32,945 nucleotides of DNA from Candidatus Nomurabacteria bacterium (GTDB lineage: Bacteria > Patescibacteriota > Minisyncoccia > Phycocordibacterales > UBA9973): the NCBI GenBank assembly GCA_026396015.1, contig JAPLXP010000006.1:1-32945 (forward strand), written 5' to 3'. Position 1 is the stretch's first letter. Every line of letters starts with the position of its first letter. The translations under genes and the position numbers were made by a program. Shown piece by piece: positions 1 to 10,374 of the stretch. Below the pieces are notes generated by a model. The model saw only the letters and a list, made by a program, of their open reading frames with translations, did not search any database and was not told where the DNA came from.

Positions 1-78
1 ACAAAAATGTGGACAGATGCATCTGAAGAATCTTTGAAGAAAGCGATAGAAGATTTTAAGGTTGGGTTTTTGAAATAA
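1..78 (+). CDS. atpA: 3' end of F1 ATP synthase subunit alpha (partial)
   Basis: Frame 1 reads TKMWTDASEESLKKAIEDFKVGFLK*, which resembles the AtpA C-terminal helix; it lies upstream of atpG-atpD-atpC. Confidence 0.75.
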   Translation, partial: TKMWTDASEESLKKAIEDFKVGFLK

Positions 79-81
79 AAT

Positions 82-894
82 ATGGAAAATACAAAACCAT
101 CATTAAATAAAAAAGATAAAATATATGCTGTAGTGCTTATTGTTTTACAGATAAGTTTTCTGATTTTCATAATTACGACAGCACTCCGTATTTTATCTAC
201 TTATGGTCCTGGTGAATTTTCTTTAATTGGAGTTGTTTATATTGAATTATTAATAGGAATACCTTTATCTATTTGGGGGATATTGAAGGGGATATTTCTT
301 CTAAAAGATAGAATATTTCATGTTTTGTCATTGATTCTTTTATTAATTAGTATATTTAGTTTTCCATACGTAAATGGTCCTATACTAAGTAGAATATATT
401 TATCAATTTCAGAAAAAGCACATGAACCTGAAGTTGCAAGACAGAAATTAGAAATAGAAAAACAAAAAGCAGAATATGCAAATAATTATGCTCAAATTGC
501 AAAAGATTTAAGTTCATCACAAGTAATTTTGGCTGCTGACATGAATACTTCTAATTTTGATTATCCAGTTATAATTTTGAAAAATGGGTATATAATAGGT
601 CTTCCAGAAGTTAAATATGGAAATCATGATAAATATGTTAATTTTATAAATTGGATTAATAGTAACTTAACCAATAAAAGTGTAACTATATCCATACCAC
701 CTTTAAAAGAGATGTATGGTGATAATAATTTAGGAATGTATGTTGGTTTAAATGACTGCAATGAAAATATACCAATACTTCTTAGAGATGTAAGAAAAAA
801 ATATAATATAGAAGGTTATAATAATTGTAGTGTTATTAGATCAGATGAAATTTATTATAACGGCAAAGGCTTATATAGTGAATATTTAAAATAA
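82..894 (+). CDS. Hypothetical membrane protein (about 3 N-terminal TM helices plus a soluble C-terminal domain) inserted in the atp operon
   Basis: 270-aa ORF with hydrophobic segments in aa ~14-100; much more AT-rich than the flanking atp genes; 3 nt after the atpA stop and 7 nt before atpG. Confidence 0.75.
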   Translation: MENTKPSLNKKDKIYAVVLIVLQISFLIFIITTALRILSTYGPGEFSLIGVVYIELLIGIPLSIWGILKGIFLLKDRIFHVLSLILLLISIFSFPYVNGPILSRIYLSISEKAHEPEVARQKLEIEKQKAEYANNYAQIAKDLSSSQVILAADMNTSNFDYPVIILKNGYIIGLPEVKYGNHDKYVNFINWINSNLTNKSVTISIPPLKEMYGDNNLGMYVGLNDCNENIPILLRDVRKKYNIEGYNNCSVIRSDEIYYNGKGLYSEYLK

Positions 895-901
895 AAATTA
901 T

Positions 902-1819
902 ATGGCTGGAACAAAAGAAATTAAAAGAAGAATAAAGAGTGTGAAGAACACAAAGAAGATTACGAAAGCGATGGAGCTCGTAGCGGCTTCAAAGATGAAG
1001 CGTGCGGTTGCCAATGCACTCTCATCACGCCTTTACGCATCCTATTCATGGGATGTATTGTCTTCACTTTCTACACGCCTTGAAGAAGTATCTCACCCAT
1101 TTTTTAATGATAATGGTGGGGAGCGGGATTTGGTCGTTTTGATTACTTCGAATCGTGGACTCTGTGGAGCCTACAATTCCCAAGTGATTAAAAAAACTAT
1201 CCGAATGCTCAAAGCTGAAATTTCGCCTAGGTCCGACCTAGGCAAAGGAGTAGATTTGGTAACTGTCGGAAAAAAAGGGGATGTTGCTATGAGAAGAACT
1301 AATCAAAATATAATTGCAACATTCCTAGACCTTTCAGAAAATGTATCACTACGCGATGTATCCCCAGTATCGACCATGATCACCAGTGAATACAAAAAGG
1401 GAAGTTATGGAAAGATTTATGTAGCCTACACAGACTTTGTATCAGCTCTATCACAAAAACCAAATATCAGACAACTCCTACCGATCAGTCGCGCAGAACT
1501 CAAGATAGCGATCGAAGAAGTCGGTGAAGAGAGGAACAAAGAGACATTAGTTGAGACAGATGTACCGTATACAGTAGAAGGTGACCAGGCAATGCTCATC
1601 GAATCCCTAGCAGAGAAATTGGTCCGAATGCAGATCTATCAGATGATCCTAGAATCACAAGCCAGTGAGCAATCAAGTAGAATGATGGCAATGAAGAATG
1701 CATCCGAAGCCGCAGGCGAGATGATAGATGACCTGACACTGGCATTCAACAAAGCCCGTCAGGCAGGCATAACCCGCGAGATTAGTGAAATTAGTGCCGG
1801 AATGGCGTCGGTTAGTTAG
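902..1819 (+). CDS. atpG: F1 ATP synthase subunit gamma
   Basis: Motifs IKSVKNTKKITKAMELVAASK, TSNRGLCGAYN, SEQSSRMMAMKNA and NKARQAGITREISEI. Confidence 0.98.
   Translation: MAGTKEIKRRIKSVKNTKKITKAMELVAASKMKRAVANALSSRLYASYSWDVLSSLSTRLEEVSHPFFNDNGGERDLVVLITSNRGLCGAYNSQVIKKTIRMLKAEISPRSDLGKGVDLVTVGKKGDVAMRRTNQNIIATFLDLSENVSLRDVSPVSTMITSEYKKGSYGKIYVAYTDFVSALSQKPNIRQLLPISRAELKIAIEEVGEERNKETLVETDVPYTVEGDQAMLIESLAEKLVRMQIYQMILESQASEQSSRMMAMKNASEAAGEMIDDLTLAFNKARQAGITREISEISAGMASVS
1221..1246. repeat. REP-like palindrome in frame within atpG
   Basis: GCCTAGGTC-C-GACCTAGGC at 1225-1243 is a perfect 9-bp inverted repeat, extended by TTT/AAA; it encodes part of ISPRSDLGK. Confidence 0.6.
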
Positions 1820-1877
1820 GTTCTAGTAATTAGGTTCTAGGTTCTAGAATAAACTAGAAACTAGCCACTAGAAACTA
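1817..1877. repeat. Heptamer-periodic inverted repeat array between atpG and atpD
   Basis: Left arm TAGGTTC TAGTAAT TAGGTTC TAGGTTC TAG; right arm AAACTA GAAACTA GCCACTA GAAACTA. Confidence 0.85.
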
Positions 1878-1916
1878 AAAACTTTATTAAAAATTTATTA
1901 TAAGAATAATCATTAA

Positions 1917-3281
<1,365 letters not shown>

Positions 3282-3282
3282 T

Positions 3283-3356
3283 TAGGTTCTAGTAGTTAGG
3301 TTCTAGTTTTTAGGAGAATTCTCCACTAGCCCCTAGTCACTAGAAACTAGAAACTA
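3283..3356. repeat. Heptamer-periodic inverted repeat array between atpD and atpC
   Basis: Left arm TAGGTTC TAGTAGT TAGGTTC TAGTTTT TAG; central palindrome GGAGAATTCTCC; right arm CTA GCCCCTA GTCACTA GAAACTA GAAACTA. Confidence 0.85.
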
Positions 3357-3360
3357 ATTT

Positions 3361-3804
3361 ATGAACAAACAATTAAAACTTAAGATAGTCACACCAGAGA
3401 GATTGATTCTCGAAGAGTTGGTAGATCAAGTATCTATCCCGACTACAGAAGGGGAGCTGACAATATTGCCTATGCACATCCCACTGATCGCAGGATTAAA
3501 GTCTGGTGATGTGGTTGCAGTAGCAAATGGCGAGCATATCCCGATGGCAGTCACTGGTGGATTTGTAGAGATCAAGGATGAGGATGGTGTCACTACTGTC
3601 GCAATACTTGCAGACTTTGCAGAGCATGTATCAGATCTGACAGACGATGCAGTAGAGAAAGCCAAAGCTCGCTCTATTGAACTTGCCAAGCAAATGGAGA
3701 ATAAAGAGCATGTCGACTTTGAACACTTCGAGGCAGAGCTCGAACGCTCTCTCAACAGAGTCAAAATCGCCGACAAGTGGAGAACAAAAAAATACAGAAA
3801 GTAA
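3361..3804 (+). CDS. atpC: F1 ATP synthase subunit epsilon
   Basis: LKIVTPER, GELTILPMHIPLI and GGFVEI motifs, C-terminal helical hairpin, and position after atpD. Confidence 0.96.
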   Translation: MNKQLKLKIVTPERLILEELVDQVSIPTTEGELTILPMHIPLIAGLKSGDVVAVANGEHIPMAVTGGFVEIKDEDGVTTVAILADFAEHVSDLTDDAVEKAKARSIELAKQMENKEHVDFEHFEAELERSLNRVKIADKWRTKKYRK

Positions 3805-3811
3805 TCAAAAG

Positions 3812-3834
3812 AGCCCTAGAAATAGGGCTTTTTT
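3812..3834 (+). terminator. Intrinsic terminator of the atp operon
   Basis: AGCCCTA-GAAA-TAGGGCT followed by a T tract. Confidence 0.85.
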
Positions 3835-3840
3835 GTTGTA

Positions 3841-3870
3841 TTGACAATTATGTATTAAATATGTTATAAT
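3841..3870 (+). promoter_or_regulatory. Sigma70 promoter for ORF 3914
   Basis: TTGACA-N18-TATAAT with an extended -10 TG. Confidence 0.8.
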
Positions 3871-3913
3871 ATAAACAAGTTAATAAATTTCATTTCCAAA
3901 ATTTACAAGAATT

Positions 3914-4201
3914 ATGAAAGAAGAAAAAGATTTATTGAAGAAGTCACTTGTTTGTTCCATCAAAGATGGTTACATCAGTGCATTTATCCAATTATTTATG
4001 AAAAAAGAAATTGGTCACATCAAAGAAGTGACCTATGGAGATTTCATAGAATTAGCAAAAGGAACCAGCGATACTCGCTGCCAAAGAGTAGCATTATTTC
4101 GTTCATCAGTTAGACTCATATGGGAAAAACTGAAAAAAGAAAAAATGACAGAAGAAGCTAGGATTGCAATCAATCTTAGTCACCCAGAATGTATATTTTA
4201 A
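3914..4201 (+). CDS. Hypothetical protein
   Basis: 95-aa ORF bracketed by a consensus promoter and a terminator; no motif recognised. Confidence 0.6.
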   Translation: MKEEKDLLKKSLVCSIKDGYISAFIQLFMKKEIGHIKEVTYGDFIELAKGTSDTRCQRVALFRSSVRLIWEKLKKEKMTEEARIAINLSHPECIF

Positions 4202-4203
4202 AT

Positions 4204-4236
4204 AAAAATCGCTGCAAAAATTGCAGCGATTTTTTT
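4204..4236. terminator. Bidirectional terminator
   Basis: AAAAATCGCTGCAA-AAA-TTGCAGCGATTTTT between convergent ORFs. Confidence 0.85.
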
Positions 4237-4810
4237 AATTTAAATCTATTGAAAATATATAATAAGGTATTTTAAGATTTTCAATTTCTTTTTTTAGTAT
4301 TGAAAGACTGATTTCATCATAGTTGTAATTATCATTAATAAATTCATAAATTATCTCAGCATGTTTTCTGCAATAAATATTATTACTAATTCCATATTTA
4401 CCGAATGGTGATTGATAATATAAATTATAAAAATTTCCAGACTCATTTTTTATAAAAGTAGGTATTTTTTCTAATGATTTAAATTTAAAATCAATTAATC
4501 TGTCCTCAAAATATTCAAATGATTTGTTTAAAAAATTTTCTTCCTCATCATTATTTTCTTCGCTATCTAAATACTTGGGAAATATTGGTACATCTATATC
4601 TTTAATTTCCAAAAAAAGATTAATAAAATTTTCGATACTAATTGTTCCATTTTCAAAATATTTTTTAATAGTATTAAAACCATCGAATATATTTTTTACT
4701 TCTTTTCTTATTTTAATTTTATCTGTTTTCCCTTTGATTAGATACCTGTTGTTATTCCTTGTTTTTTTTCTATAAACAACTCTGACTGGATAAATGATTC
4801 TAGCTTCCAT
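4235..4810 (-). CDS. Hypothetical protein, very AT-rich
   Basis: 191-aa ORF ending at the shared terminator; no motif recognised. Confidence 0.65.
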   Translation of the reverse strand: MEARIIYPVRVVYRKKTRNNNRYLIKGKTDKIKIRKEVKNIFDGFNTIKKYFENGTISIENFINLFLEIKDIDVPIFPKYLDSEENNDEEENFLNKSFEYFEDRLIDFKFKSLEKIPTFIKNESGNFYNLYYQSPFGKYGISNNIYCRKHAEIIYEFINDNYNYDEISLSILKKEIENLKIPYYIFSIDLN

Positions 4811-4911
4811 AATTTTAAGGTTTATTTTAGTTAAATTCTATACTCAATTTTTCTACTTTGCAAATCTATCTATTTGAAGCAATCCAATAATTTGCTATAT
4901 TAAGTACACTT

Positions 4912-5853
4912 ATGAGTCAAAAATATACAATCCTTTTATATTACAAATACGTCAGGATCGATGAGCCTCAGGCCTTTCGCGACGCGCATTTCGAGCTCTG
5001 CAAGAGACTGGGCCTCAAAGGTCGTATTATCATAGCTACCGAGGGTATCAATGGTACTTGCGAAGGCACAGACGAGGCATGTCAAGAGTATATGCAGATT
5101 ATGAAGGCTGATGCTCGATTCTCAGATATTCACTGGAAAGTAAGTCTTGGTACTCCAGATGGTAAAGCTTTCCCGCGTCTTTCTGTAAAGGTAAGAAAGG
5201 AGATAGTGTCACTGCATCTAGGCGATGAAGACGAGGATATAGACCCAAATCAAATTACTGGAATCCATCTAAAACCTGAGGAATTGCGCAAATGGTATGA
5301 GGAAGGTAGAGAGTTCCATATCGTAGATATGCGCAATGGTTATGAGCTAGAGGTTGGTAAATTCGAAGGCACAGTATTCCCCGAGCTCGACAATTTCCGT
5401 GATTTGAAAAAGAATTTAAAAAAGATTGAAGACCTAAAAGACAAGACTGTTCTGACGGTATGTACTGGTGGTGTACGATGCGAAAAAGCTTCAGGACTCC
5501 TTGTTCGTGAAGGATTCAATGATGTATATCAGCTCGATGGTGGTATGGTCACATATATGGAAAAGTACCCTGGCCAAGATTTCAAAGGCTCACTGTATGT
5601 TTTTGACCAGCGTTTAACTTTAAATTTTACAGATCCTGCAAAGCACGAGATTATAGGTAAATGTAAAAAATGTGGAAGTAAAAGTGAGCACTATGTAAAC
5701 TGTTCAAACAATAATTGTCACGAGCATTTTATTTGCTGTATCGATTGTCTCGAGGAGAATCCTCCAAATCATCCATCAGGAGGTGTCGCATACTGTGATA
5801 TCTGGTGCAAGACAAAGGACAAGATAAATAAATTTAAAAAAGCATTAGTTTAA
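4912..5853 (+). CDS. trhO: Rhodanese-domain tRNA uridine(34) hydroxylase (UPF0176/YceA family)
   Basis: LKGRIIIATEGINGT, DMRNGYELEVGKF, CTGGVRCEKAS, GSLYVFDQR and a C-terminal Cys cluster. Confidence 0.92.
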   Translation: MSQKYTILLYYKYVRIDEPQAFRDAHFELCKRLGLKGRIIIATEGINGTCEGTDEACQEYMQIMKADARFSDIHWKVSLGTPDGKAFPRLSVKVRKEIVSLHLGDEDEDIDPNQITGIHLKPEELRKWYEEGREFHIVDMRNGYELEVGKFEGTVFPELDNFRDLKKNLKKIEDLKDKTVLTVCTGGVRCEKASGLLVREGFNDVYQLDGGMVTYMEKYPGQDFKGSLYVFDQRLTLNFTDPAKHEIIGKCKKCGSKSEHYVNCSNNNCHEHFICCIDCLEENPPNHPSGGVAYCDIWCKTKDKINKFKKALV

Positions 5854-5923
5854 TATTTAATATTTGATATAATTAAAATATTAATAATAAAAAGGAGTCA
5901 CTATGATTCCGTTTAATTAAATT

Positions 5924-5983
5924 ATGGCAAAAGGAATGGGTGCTAAAAAAGAAAAGAAAAAGCCAAAAGCTGTAAAGAAATAA
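5924..5983 (+). CDS. 19-aa lysine-rich micropeptide MAKGMGAKKEKKKPKAVKK
   Basis: Read by hand; upstream TGATATAAT promoter and a strong terminator immediately downstream, so it is the main ORF of its own unit. Confidence 0.6.
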   Translation: MAKGMGAKKEKKKPKAVKK

Positions 5984-5991
5984 TAGCTTTT

Positions 5992-6032
5992 AGAAATAGC
6001 TCCGGCGCTCTGCGCCGGAGCTATTTCTTTTT
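5992..6032 (+). terminator. Intrinsic terminator (AAATAGCYCCGGC family, copy 1)
   Basis: 17-bp stem AGAAATAGCTCCGGCGC-TCT-GCGCCGGAGCTATTTCT plus a T tract. Confidence 0.85.
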
Positions 6033-6089
6033 GTTATATATTGTGTTATAAATGCGATTAAGGAGGTAGCACTATGCTATTTAAAAAAT

Positions 6090-6479
6090 ATGAAAAAAAG
6101 ATTTAATAATCTAATTTTCTTTGGTGAGCTGTTATTCCATACTCTAATTGTAATTTATAAATTTATTTTAAAACGATACAAAGACAATATTTTTGTTTTT
6201 AAATTGTTTATAAAATGCTTGTTTGTAAATACTATTATGTCTTTTGATCACGGCCGTTGGCATTCTATTTGTTTTGATTATAAAAAACGCAAAATAAAAA
6301 TACCATTGAATACTCTGATATCATGTGTTTTGTATTATTTATTTAATGCATATTTCAATTTGGATATCCTATCGTGTATTACCCTTGGTCTTTTTTTAGA
6401 CATTATGTTTTTTATTTTAAAAATGTGGAATTTTCATTCAAAAAAGCTTTTGGAAAAAAGCTACATGGAATCAAATTAA
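6090..6479 (+). CDS. Hypothetical membrane protein
   Basis: 129-aa hydrophobic ORF between a TGTTATAAAT-like promoter and a terminator at ~6481-6514. Confidence 0.5.
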   Translation: MKKRFNNLIFFGELLFHTLIVIYKFILKRYKDNIFVFKLFIKCLFVNTIMSFDHGRWHSICFDYKKRKIKIPLNTLISCVLYYLFNAYFNLDILSCITLGLFLDIMFFILKMWNFHSKKLLEKSYMESN

Positions 6480-6480
6480 G

Positions 6481-6514
6481 AGCCTTATATTGTTGAATCA
6501 ATATGAGGCTTTTT
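6481..6514 (+). terminator. Intrinsic terminator
   Basis: AGCCTTATATTG...CAATATGAGGCT followed by TTTT. Confidence 0.7.
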
Positions 6515-6538
6515 ATCTTTTTATAGTATAATAAATGC

Positions 6539-7651
6539 ATGATTGGATTTATTATAATTGCACTTATCACTCAGGGATTACTGTTTTTTGTGCATTTTGT
6601 ATTCTACCGTTTTGGAGTAGATACTTTTCACCTAGCTGATAAATACAAATATATTTTAGGTACATCCATGGTTATCTTGCCCCTATCTTTTACTTCAAGC
6701 ATGATTCTAGTTCAGAAATTTGGTAATAAATTTACTGAGAATTTTTACTATATATCTTCTATTTGGCTTGGTACAGTACTCTGGATCTTCATAGCCATTG
6801 TGTTGTCTACTATTTCAAGGTATGTCATCTTGAATGATTTATACTATTCTATTTTTGCTGGTGTGTTAGTGGTATCTGCTTTTCTGGTATCATTTTATGG
6901 AGTATCACATGCTAGAAATATCCAAGTTGTACAGAAGGACATTTATATAAATAATTTACCAGAATCATGGGAAGGTAAAAAGGCAGTATTTATGTCTGAT
7001 CTACATTATGGAAATATTCATGATGTTAAAAAGGCTCAAAGAGATTTGAGTGTTGTTCAGGCTTTGGATCCAGATATCCTACTCATCGCTGGTGATTTCT
7101 TTGACGGACCCAATAAAAACTTGAAACAATTTTCTGATGTATATCGTGATTACAATCCCACAAAAGGTAAATATTTCATAAGTGGTAATCATGAGGAATA
7201 CGCAGGGCTTGCTCAGAGTTTTGAGGCTATTAGTGAATCAGGTTTTACAATTTTGGACAATAAAAATATCAACATAGATGGCGTTCAGTTGCTTGGTGTG
7301 CCATATACTACAAATGCAAAGAGTGATATAGACATAAATGCCATAAAAAGTATTTTGACTAATACTGATTACAAAAAAGATGTACCTAGTATTCTGTTAA
7401 AGCATATTCCTATCGACCTAGATGTCGTGCGTGACATGGGTGTGTCATTTGCATTCTTTGGACATACACATCATGGGCAATTTTGGCCATTGTCTTTGGT
7501 CGTGAATCGTATTTACGGTACACATGCCTATGGTTTTACTCAAGAAGATAGTACAATATTCTATACAAGCAGTGGTGTCGGATCATGGGGTCCACCTCAG
7601 AGAATAGGCACTGATAGCGAATTATTATTAGTTACATTTCATAAAAAATAA
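6539..7651 (+). CDS. Membrane-anchored calcineurin-like metallophosphoesterase (YkuE/YaeI-like)
   Basis: Four N-terminal TM helices, then SDLH, GDFFD, GNHE, GHTHHGQ and GVGSWGPPQR. Confidence 0.92.
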   Translation: MIGFIIIALITQGLLFFVHFVFYRFGVDTFHLADKYKYILGTSMVILPLSFTSSMILVQKFGNKFTENFYYISSIWLGTVLWIFIAIVLSTISRYVILNDLYYSIFAGVLVVSAFLVSFYGVSHARNIQVVQKDIYINNLPESWEGKKAVFMSDLHYGNIHDVKKAQRDLSVVQALDPDILLIAGDFFDGPNKNLKQFSDVYRDYNPTKGKYFISGNHEEYAGLAQSFEAISESGFTILDNKNINIDGVQLLGVPYTTNAKSDIDINAIKSILTNTDYKKDVPSILLKHIPIDLDVVRDMGVSFAFFGHTHHGQFWPLSLVVNRIYGTHAYGFTQEDSTIFYTSSGVGSWGPPQRIGTDSELLLVTFHKK

Positions 7652-7652
7652 A

Positions 7653-8090
7653 ATGGAAACATTATCATATTTTTTGACTATTGCAGGATTTATCATAGGT
7701 CTCGGTGCAGTCACTGTTATCGATACTCTTGGTTTTCTCGGTCGTAATTCTTCTTACTGGACAGAGACTACTATCAGATCACACAAAGTGACAAAACCCC
7801 TCATATGGATCGGTATATTTTTAGTATTAGTAGGTGCTACTCTTTTAAAGAATAATTATATTCTTTCTATATCAGAGTATGGAGTATGGATCAAGATTAT
7901 AATACTACTCATTGCAAATGGAATATTCTTATCTTTTTATATCAGCCCAGATTTATTAAAGAGAGAGGAGATGGGTATGTCTGGTGAATTATTGCCAATG
8001 ATAATGCAATACCAGATCATAGCGAGCTTCATCATATCTTTTGTTGGTTGGTGGTCTTTAGTATTCCTATTCATAAACGTCATAAGATAA
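7653..8090 (+). CDS. Hypothetical integral membrane protein (about 4 TM)
   Basis: 145-aa hydrophobic ORF starting 1 nt after the upstream stop. Confidence 0.8.
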   Translation: METLSYFLTIAGFIIGLGAVTVIDTLGFLGRNSSYWTETTIRSHKVTKPLIWIGIFLVLVGATLLKNNYILSISEYGVWIKIIILLIANGIFLSFYISPDLLKREEMGMSGELLPMIMQYQIIASFIISFVGWWSLVFLFINVIR

Positions 8091-8091
8091 T

Positions 8092-8123
8092 AAAAAGGCT
8101 CACTATATTAGTGAGCCTTTTTT
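8092..8123. terminator. Bidirectional terminator
   Basis: AAAAAGGCTCACTA-TAT-TAGTGAGCCTTTTT between convergent genes. Confidence 0.85.
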
Positions 8124-8127
8124 GTTT

Positions 8128-8748
8128 TTAACTTTTTCCTAGTGCGTAGTATGATTTCATACCTACGATAAGACAAGTACAAAGAGCTAAAAAAAGAACG
8201 AATACAAGAATACCTTGATTTATTGTGCTTTCTCCTGTGTACTGGTACCAGAAAGGGTAATCATTGCATAACTTTGCGTTTACTCGATCAAAATCTTTTG
8301 TCTGCAAAAAAATTGCAGTGCAAATGAATGTTATTAAAAATCCTAACCCTGAAGTAAGCATTGCTATTCCAGTCATGAATTTTTTAAAGATACCCCACAA
8401 TAATACGAAAAAATTATTCCATCCGTTTTTTAAAATCCTCTTCATTCCTTCTTCTAGGCTTCCCTCAAATGACACTTGTTGTCCTTCTGTTAGGTTTGCA
8501 TAGAATGTAGCTGTCTTTTCTTTCACATTAAATTCCCATACTTTTACACTATCAGGATTATTTTTGTATCCATTGTGTGCTGATACCGTTATCACACCTT
8601 TATATGTGTCGATATCTCTCCAGTAGGGGAATTCCCCGAATAGAGCAATTTGATTACGAACCCTGAATGTAGGGTTAAGAATTTGAAAGCCAATGTAAAT
8701 GATTACAATGATAGCTAGAATAATTAATTCAATTTGATTCTTTTCCAT
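8128..8748 (-). CDS. Hypothetical membrane protein
   Basis: Likely ATG at 8748 (MEKNQ), downstream of a minus-strand TTGACA(8805-8800)-N18-TATAAT(8781-8776) promoter; several TM segments. Confidence 0.7.
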   Translation of the reverse strand: MEKNQIELIILAIIVIIYIGFQILNPTFRVRNQIALFGEFPYWRDIDTYKGVITVSAHNGYKNNPDSVKVWEFNVKEKTATFYANLTEGQQVSFEGSLEEGMKRILKNGWNNFFVLLWGIFKKFMTGIAMLTSGLGFLITFICTAIFLQTKDFDRVNAKLCNDYPFWYQYTGESTINQGILVFVLFLALCTCLIVGMKSYYALGKS

Positions 8749-8877
8749 TTTTATTAAGTTGTTTGATTTAATTAAATTATAGCACATATAATGTTAATAT
8801 GTCAATATAAAATATTATTTAATATACGTCATCTTATTAAAGACTTTTACTCAAAATATGCTATAATACAACGACAT

Positions 8878-10368
8878 ATGGCAGATACAAATAATACAAA
8901 TATCGTCACACGTTTCGCTCCTAGTCCTACGGGTTTTTTGCATGTAGGTGGTTTACGTACTGCATTATATTCATATCTCTTGGCTAAGAAGTCTGGTGGA
9001 CGTTTTATTCTACGTATCGAGGACACAGACAGGGCTCGCACAGTTCCGGGTGGTGTGGAGAATATCCTCACATCTCTTTCTTGGGCTGGGGTCAATCCTG
9101 ATGAGGGTGTCATCCTGCGTGATGGCGAGGCGTCTGAGTCTGGTGCAAATGGCCCGTATACTCAATCCCATAGATTGGAAATCTATAAAAAATATGCAGA
9201 CGAGCTAGTAGCAAAAGGGAATGCATATTATTGTTTTTGTACTGCCGATAGATTGGCACAGGTCAAAGAAGATCGCCAGGCAAACAAGCTCCCACCCGGA
9301 TATGATGGTCATTGTAAAAATCTCTCAAAAGAAGAAGTTGAAAATAAATTGAAAAATGGCGACAATCATGTCATACGTCTAGCTATGCCTGATGATGGTG
9401 TATGTACTTTTCATGATTTGATTCGCGGAGAGGTCAGTTTTAAATATTCAGATGTAGATGATCAGGTATTGCTCAAGTCTGATGGCTTTCCTACGTATCA
9501 TCTAGCCGTAGTCGTAGACGATCATCATATGCAGGTGTCACATGTAGTCCGTGGCGAAGAGTGGATTTCAAGTACCCCAAAGCATATCTATCTGTATGAG
9601 TGCCTTGGGTGGACTCCGACACTATTTGCACATTTACCACTACTACTCAATTCTGATCGTTCAAAGCTTTCAAAGCGTCAGGGTGATGTAGCTGTATTGG
9701 ATTACAAAGAAAAAGGTTATCTTCCTGAGGCATTATTAAATTTCGTTGCATTTCTCGGTTGGAATCCTGGCGACGAGAGGGAGATGTTTACTTTAGACGA
9801 ATTAGTATCAGAATTTTCTCTAGAGAAGGTGAACAAGGCAGGCGCAGTGTTCAATATTGAAAAGCTCGATTGGTATAATCGTGAATATCTGAAAAAACTT
9901 GATGATGAAAAACTTCTAAAATATATCGACACATTCATGCCAGAAGTTGCTCGCAATTCTGTAAATTACAAAAATATTTTGCCTCGCCTAATGCATACAC
10001 TGCTGGAGCGTATATCAAAGGGTAGCGAGATTGCCGAGACATATACTGAAAACATCTCTTACTTTTTTGAAAAAGAAAAGATTGATGAGGGTATGCTCGT
10101 CTGGAAATCTTTAAAAGACAATCCCAATGCACTGGATATCACTCGTGGATATATAGCAGAAGCTCGTGCGATACTCGAGGGTATGCCCGTAGAATCATGG
10201 GATGATAGAGAGGCTATCAAGGGTGCCCTATGGCCTTTGACAGAGAAATACGGCCGCGGGGAAGTCCTCTGGCCATTACGTGTATCACTTTCTTGTCGCG
10301 ATAAATCCCCAGATCCATTTGAATTGTGCTACATCCTAGGCAGGGAAGAAGTACTCAATAGAATATAA
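8878..10368 (+). CDS. gltX: Glutamate--tRNA ligase
   Basis: RFAPSPTGFLHVGG (HIGH), LRIEDTD, RGEEW and KLSKR (KMSKS). Start reassigned to ATG 8878, just after TGCTATAAT. Confidence 0.98.
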   Translation: MADTNNTNIVTRFAPSPTGFLHVGGLRTALYSYLLAKKSGGRFILRIEDTDRARTVPGGVENILTSLSWAGVNPDEGVILRDGEASESGANGPYTQSHRLEIYKKYADELVAKGNAYYCFCTADRLAQVKEDRQANKLPPGYDGHCKNLSKEEVENKLKNGDNHVIRLAMPDDGVCTFHDLIRGEVSFKYSDVDDQVLLKSDGFPTYHLAVVVDDHHMQVSHVVRGEEWISSTPKHIYLYECLGWTPTLFAHLPLLLNSDRSKLSKRQGDVAVLDYKEKGYLPEALLNFVAFLGWNPGDEREMFTLDELVSEFSLEKVNKAGAVFNIEKLDWYNREYLKKLDDEKLLKYIDTFMPEVARNSVNYKNILPRLMHTLLERISKGSEIAETYTENISYFFEKEKIDEGMLVWKSLKDNPNALDITRGYIAEARAILEGMPVESWDDREAIKGALWPLTEKYGRGEVLWPLRVSLSCRDKSPDPFELCYILGREEVLNRI

Positions 10369-10374
10369 AAGACA

